Origin: Candidatus Falkowbacteria bacterium
GTDB taxonomy: Bacteria > Patescibacteriota > Patescibacteriia > UBA11705 > JABHMO01
Direction: 5' to 3'
Assembly: GCA_016214755.1 (NCBI GenBank)
Contig: JACRNX010000030.1
Coordinates: 1 to 62,686 of the forward strand
Length of the DNA stretch: 62,686 nt
Shown: piece by piece, positions 58,785 through 62,686 of the stretch
Layout of the letters: each line of letters begins with the position of its first letter
Numbering within the stretch: position 1 is the first letter of the stretch
Notes under the pieces: generated by a model
Told to the model about the DNA's origin: nothing
What the model saw: the letters and a program-made list of their open reading frames with translations, nothing else
Databases searched by the model: none
Translations under genes and position numbers: made by a program

Positions 58785-61700
58785 ATGTTTAAAACAAGTA
58801 AAACAGAAAAAAATAAAAAAGTGATTACGATTTTAATAGTGTTGTTTTTTATTTTGCAAACAGCGAATCCGATTTTGTGGATGCCGAAAGAGGCGGTGGC
58901 GATAATGGCGGTAGAGGACGTGCCAGTGTTAGGAGCAATAACTGGCACTGCTGTTAGCGAGAAAGGCGAAAGGACAGCAAAAGAAGTAAAAGAATCAGTG
59001 TTCGATAAAATTTTCAAGGGAATGGTGTTAACCGCGGCGGTTACTTTGAGAAACACCTTGATCATGATGTCAAAGCGCGCGGCCGAGCAGACCGTTACTT
59101 ACATTTCCACCGGCAGTTGGGGGCAGGGCGCGATGTTTTGGACTGAAGCGTGGGGCACGTTCAAGGAAAATTTAACTTATTATATCATCGGCCAGTTTTT
59201 GGATAATTTGAACGCTATGTTCGGCATTGACATCTGCCAGCCGGGCACGCCGGAATTTGAATTTGGTTTAAAATTAGGATTGCAATTCGCCTGGCTTGAA
59301 GACCCCCAGCTTGATAAACTAAAAAAGCCGAACTGCGATTTGCAGAAATTATCGCACAATTGGGGCGCGCTTGTTGACGGCATCAGGAAGAAATATGAGG
59401 CGGTTATCGGTTTCGCCAAAGCCGACCCTTATCATCAAGCGTATATGTCGGTCGCGGTTTTGAATGAGGTCTTTGATGTTTCTTATTCAAGAGAAAAAAG
59501 CGGCATTGGCATGAAGCTGACAGTTGAGGATAAAGCGGCCGAAGAGATAAGGAAAAAACAGGAAGCAGAGGCTAAACAGCGGGAGGAAAATCAGGGAGCC
59601 AAGGGAATAACATCGCCGGGCAGAGAATATATTAAAACGCCGTCCTGGCTCACCAAAAGCCATTCAGAATCAGAATTAGAAGCAGCAAAGTCAACCCCGA
59701 AAGAGGAACTCAGCCCAGCTGGCGATGTCATGGCATCAGTTCCTGGTTCTATAGCAGTAGCGTTTTTGAACACCTTTGTCTCAAAAATGTGGACTGATTA
59801 TATTTTAAAGAAATTTTTTGAAAAGGGCTTAGTCAATCCAACGGCCTCGTATAATCCGCTTCAAAAAACATTTGACACCAAAGAAAATCTGCAGAAAGAG
59901 TTTGCCATGCAGACGATTAATCTTGCTTTTACCCAAAAGCAGATTGACCTTTTGTCTGAATATTCGACTTGTCCCGAGTTCCGCGGATTGAACAATTGCG
60001 TGATGGATAATTCATTCGCCGAGGCAGTGCGCCGCGCCACGCAAGACAAGCCGCTTACAGTCCAAGGGGCGATTGACGCTAAATTATTGAAAGGCGATTT
60101 GCCGTTTATCGGCGTAAACGATGACCGCAACAAAGATGATGATTGTTATACAATCGGTTATTGTTATTCCAACTTAGTCAAACTCCGCCGGGCGCGCATT
60201 ATTCCGATTGGCTGGGAAATCGCGGCGAACTTGGTTGAGCCCGGCATGAATAAAAATTTGAATGATTTAATTAACGATTTTAGTGCAGCATCCAGTCCAT
60301 TTTATAAATTGGTTGACCCGAATTGGGTACTGCGCTATCCGGAGACGCAGTGCAAGGCAACGGTTAGCGGGCAGCTTTTAATCGGCAGCGGCGCGGACGA
60401 GCGTTCGGAAGCGTGCGTGGATATGACGAGTTGCGTCAAGACCAATGAAGACGGCTCTTGCGCCGCGACAGGTTATTGCGCGGCCGAGCGCAATGTGTTC
60501 CGCTTCGGCGGCAAGCAGTGCAACGGCGCGTATGATTCTTGCCGCACGCTTCAGACGCGGACAGGGAAGACAGCCAGTTATTTGATGAACACAGTTGATT
60601 CCGGCGTTTGCAATGCGGATAATGTTGGTTGCAAGTGGTACAGCACGTTAAAAAATATTAGTGCAGGAACATTGGTATCGTCAGAACTGTGGTCAAGCGC
60701 GGACGCGGATAAAATTTATTTGAATAAAAAAATTGAAGACCAAGAATGTTCGCCTAAATCAGATGGCTGTACGCGGTTTATCCGCACCAAAGCCGGCATG
60801 GGCACGAATTTGATTCCTAATGGTGGATTTGAAATTAATGATGGCAAGGACGATAGTTTGGCGAATAGTACGTCGCAAAATGTCCCTGGCTGGGGGAATC
60901 AAAAATTAACGAACGACGCGTTCAGCGGCAAGGCAGGGTTGCTGTTAGTGAGTAATGAAAAAGCGGAACAATCAGTACAGATTGCACCTGCGAAATATAA
61001 ACGTTTTTTCACGTTAAGTGGAAAGATAAAGCCAATGGAATTAGGGGAAGGCGCGACAATAAATCTTTCGTCTGATGTAACAGGAACATTGGTACAAAAG
61101 AGCCAAATGCCAGTAGCCGCAGATATTATGAATAAACAAGATGAATGGGTGGAAATTAAACGTACTTATGAATTAATGCCTCTTGCCGGCGCAAGTGATA
61201 TTACTGATAGTACGAAATTTGCAACTTCTTTTACAATTCAAATCGAACCAAATAAAAAAGTAATAGTTGACGAATTAATGCTTGAAGAAATTGACGAGCC
61301 GACGCTGGAGGCGAGCCATAGTTATGTTGATTACGCGACAAAAAATGATGTGCATTTGAAAAAAGCGCCTGATTATTTAAAATGTTATAATGTACATACC
61401 ATAGCAACGCCTCCTAATCAACCAATGCCGGATTTAACTTTATACGGCAAACCAAAAATTAGCGCGCAAATTACGATAGGTGATGATGTCGTCAGCACAG
61501 ACAAGTTAAGCGGTTGTGATAAATACGCGAAATTGTGTTCAGCCGAGGAAGTCGGTTGTGAGGCATACAAGCCGACTGATGGCGGCGCGACCATGAACGG
61601 CATCGCGTCGTATTATGATTATTGCCCGAAAGAGTGCGCCGGCTACAATGCGTTCAGTATGTCGGAAACCTATTTTGAAGATGGCGAATTCCCGAAATTT

Positions 61701-62686
61701 TTAATTCCGTCCACAGCTAAGAAATGCAATGCCGCGAACGCCGGCTGTGATGAATTTACCAATTTGGATGTTTTAGCCGCGGGCGGTGAGGCGAAAGAAT
61801 ATTACAAAGAATTGCGGCATTGCGCCAAATTGCCGGAAAAGCAAAGCAGTTGCTCGACTTTTTACACTTGGGAGGGCTCGGAGGTTACGGGCTATCAATT
61901 GCAGTCGCATAATTTGCAAAAAGCGGCTGACGGTAGTCCTGATATCGTCAATCCGACGAGTAATGCGTCTGCCTGCGATAAAAATATTTTTAACGCCAAA
62001 ACCAATCCTGATTGCCGGCAGTTCTATGATAAAGACGGCAAGGTTTTCTATAAATTATATTCAAAAACCATATTCTGTTCGGCTGACTGTCATCCATTCC
62101 GGCGCACGTTGAAATACACAGGACAAATTGACGCGCAAAATATAGCAGAATGCACTGGCCGCAATGGCGAGTGGAAATCCGGCGAATGCGTTTTTTGGGC
62201 CATTCAAAATCAGGGCGTAAAATGTTCGGCCGAGAACAATGCCTGCCGCGAGTACCGCGGCAATCAGGCGGGCATTGAGTTTGAAGTGGAGAATTATACT
62301 TTTTCCGCGGGCACTGATTCTGATTTATCAGAATTGCAAGCGTCAAAGTCAACATTGAAAACATCCCCAGAATACGGGCAATATCTTAATGTCTCTAAAG
62401 GCAATAGTTCTTATATATATTTGGCGACCAAACCGGATAAAGTAATTTTTGGAGCAGCGGATTATAATGTTTCTTTTTGGATAAAGCAAGCAAGTTCAGC
62501 GGGTAATTTTGGTGTCGGCTTGAAGGCAGATGCTGCGGACGCGGCGAGCGCTCAAATAATGATTACTGACAATAATGTAAATCTATCTACCGAATGGAAA
62601 TTCCATACTTTTCAAATAATTGCTAATTCGTTTGTAGATTTTTCAAACAAGTCCTCGCTAACGCCATCATTGGTGGTTTCATCCAC
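58785..62686 (+). CDS. Large exported Cys-rich protein, 3'-truncated by the window (about 1300 aa visible)
   Basis: Not in the ORF track (no stop). Frame spot-checked open at start, middle and end. Signal peptide MFK..VITILIVLFFILQ..EAVA; CBM-like NLIPNGGFE near 60807. Confidence 0.8.
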   Translation, partial: MFKTSKTEKNKKVITILIVLFFILQTANPILWMPKEAVAIMAVEDVPVLGAITGTAVSEKGERTAKEVKESVFDKIFKGMVLTAAVTLRNTLIMMSKRAAEQTVTYISTGSWGQGAMFWTEAWGTFKENLTYYIIGQFLDNLNAMFGIDICQPGTPEFEFGLKLGLQFAWLEDPQLDKLKKPNCDLQKLSHNWGALVDGIRKKYEAVIGFAKADPYHQAYMSVAVLNEVFDVSYSREKSGIGMKLTVEDKAAEEIRKKQEAEAKQREENQGAKGITSPGREYIKTPSWLTKSHSESELEAAKSTPKEELSPAGDVMASVPGSIAVAFLNTFVSKMWTDYILKKFFEKGLVNPTASYNPLQKTFDTKENLQKEFAMQTINLAFTQKQIDLLSEYSTCPEFRGLNNCVMDNSFAEAVRRATQDKPLTVQGAIDAKLLKGDLPFIGVNDDRNKDDDCYTIGYCYSNLVKLRRARIIPIGWEIAANLVEPGMNKNLNDLINDFSAASSPFYKLVDPNWVLRYPETQCKATVSGQLLIGSGADERSEACVDMTSCVKTNEDGSCAATGYCAAERNVFRFGGKQCNGAYDSCRTLQTRTGKTASYLMNTVDSGVCNADNVGCKWYSTLKNISAGTLVSSELWSSADADKIYLNKKIEDQECSPKSDGCTRFIRTKAGMGTNLIPNGGFEINDGKDDSLANSTSQNVPGWGNQKLTNDAFSGKAGLLLVSNEKAEQSVQIAPAKYKRFFTLSGKIKPMELGEGATINLSSDVTGTLVQKSQMPVAADIMNKQDEWVEIKRTYELMPLAGASDITDSTKFATSFTIQIEPNKKVIVDELMLEEIDEPTLEASHSYVDYATKNDVHLKKAPDYLKCYNVHTIATPPNQPMPDLTLYGKPKISAQITIGDDVVSTDKLSGCDKYAKLCSAEEVGCEAYKPTDGGATMNGIASYYDYCPKECAGYNAFSMSETYFEDGEFPKFLIPSTAKKCNAANAGCDEFTNLDVLAAGGEAKEYYKELRHCAKLPEKQSSCSTFYTWEGSEVTGYQLQSHNLQKAADGSPDIVNPTSNASACDKNIFNAKTNPDCRQFYDKDGKVFYKLYSKTIFCSADCHPFRRTLKYTGQIDAQNIAECTGRNGEWKSGECVFWAIQNQGVKCSAENNACREYRGNQAGIEFEVENYTFSAGTDSDLSELQASKSTLKTSPEYGQYLNVSKGNSSYIYLATKPDKVIFGAADYNVSFWIKQASSAGNFGVGLKADAADAASAQIMITDNNVNLSTEWKFHTFQIIANSFVDFSNKSSLTPSLVVSS

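Overview
A 62.7-kb chromosomal window that looks like Patescibacteria/CPR (Parcubacteria-type). This is inferred from gene content; TGA is used as stop, so it reads as code 11. Housekeeping genes: tRNA-Leu(CAA), parA-parB, two tandem short RelA/SpoT homologues, topA, dprA, pth, der, LCP protein, lepB, a degenerate hisS, rpsU, yqeY, ybeY, dgkA, ftsA-ftsZ, a split class III RNR (nrdD + separate 48-aa glycyl-radical peptide + nrdG), htrA, prfB, capA-like, galE-like and rsmA. There are also several very large Cys-rich surface proteins, three carrying a VirB2/TrbC-like pilin hairpin. The most striking signal lies between and inside genes. (1) Many gene junctions carry inverted arrays of 7-mer repeats that often supply the upstream stop codon and abut the next ATG. 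Two such cassettes enclose a four-helix-bundle (23S-IVP/Avd-like) gene, one encloses an internally deleted copy of that gene, and others are empty, nested or duplicated. Together they look like an undescribed mobile 'mRNA intervening element' family with non-autonomous derivatives. (2) Modular REP-like palindromes sit in frame inside rsmA (51 aa), der (29 aa), topA (6 aa) and six times in a hypothetical gene. All calls are by-eye motif recognition; no searches or folding programs were run.
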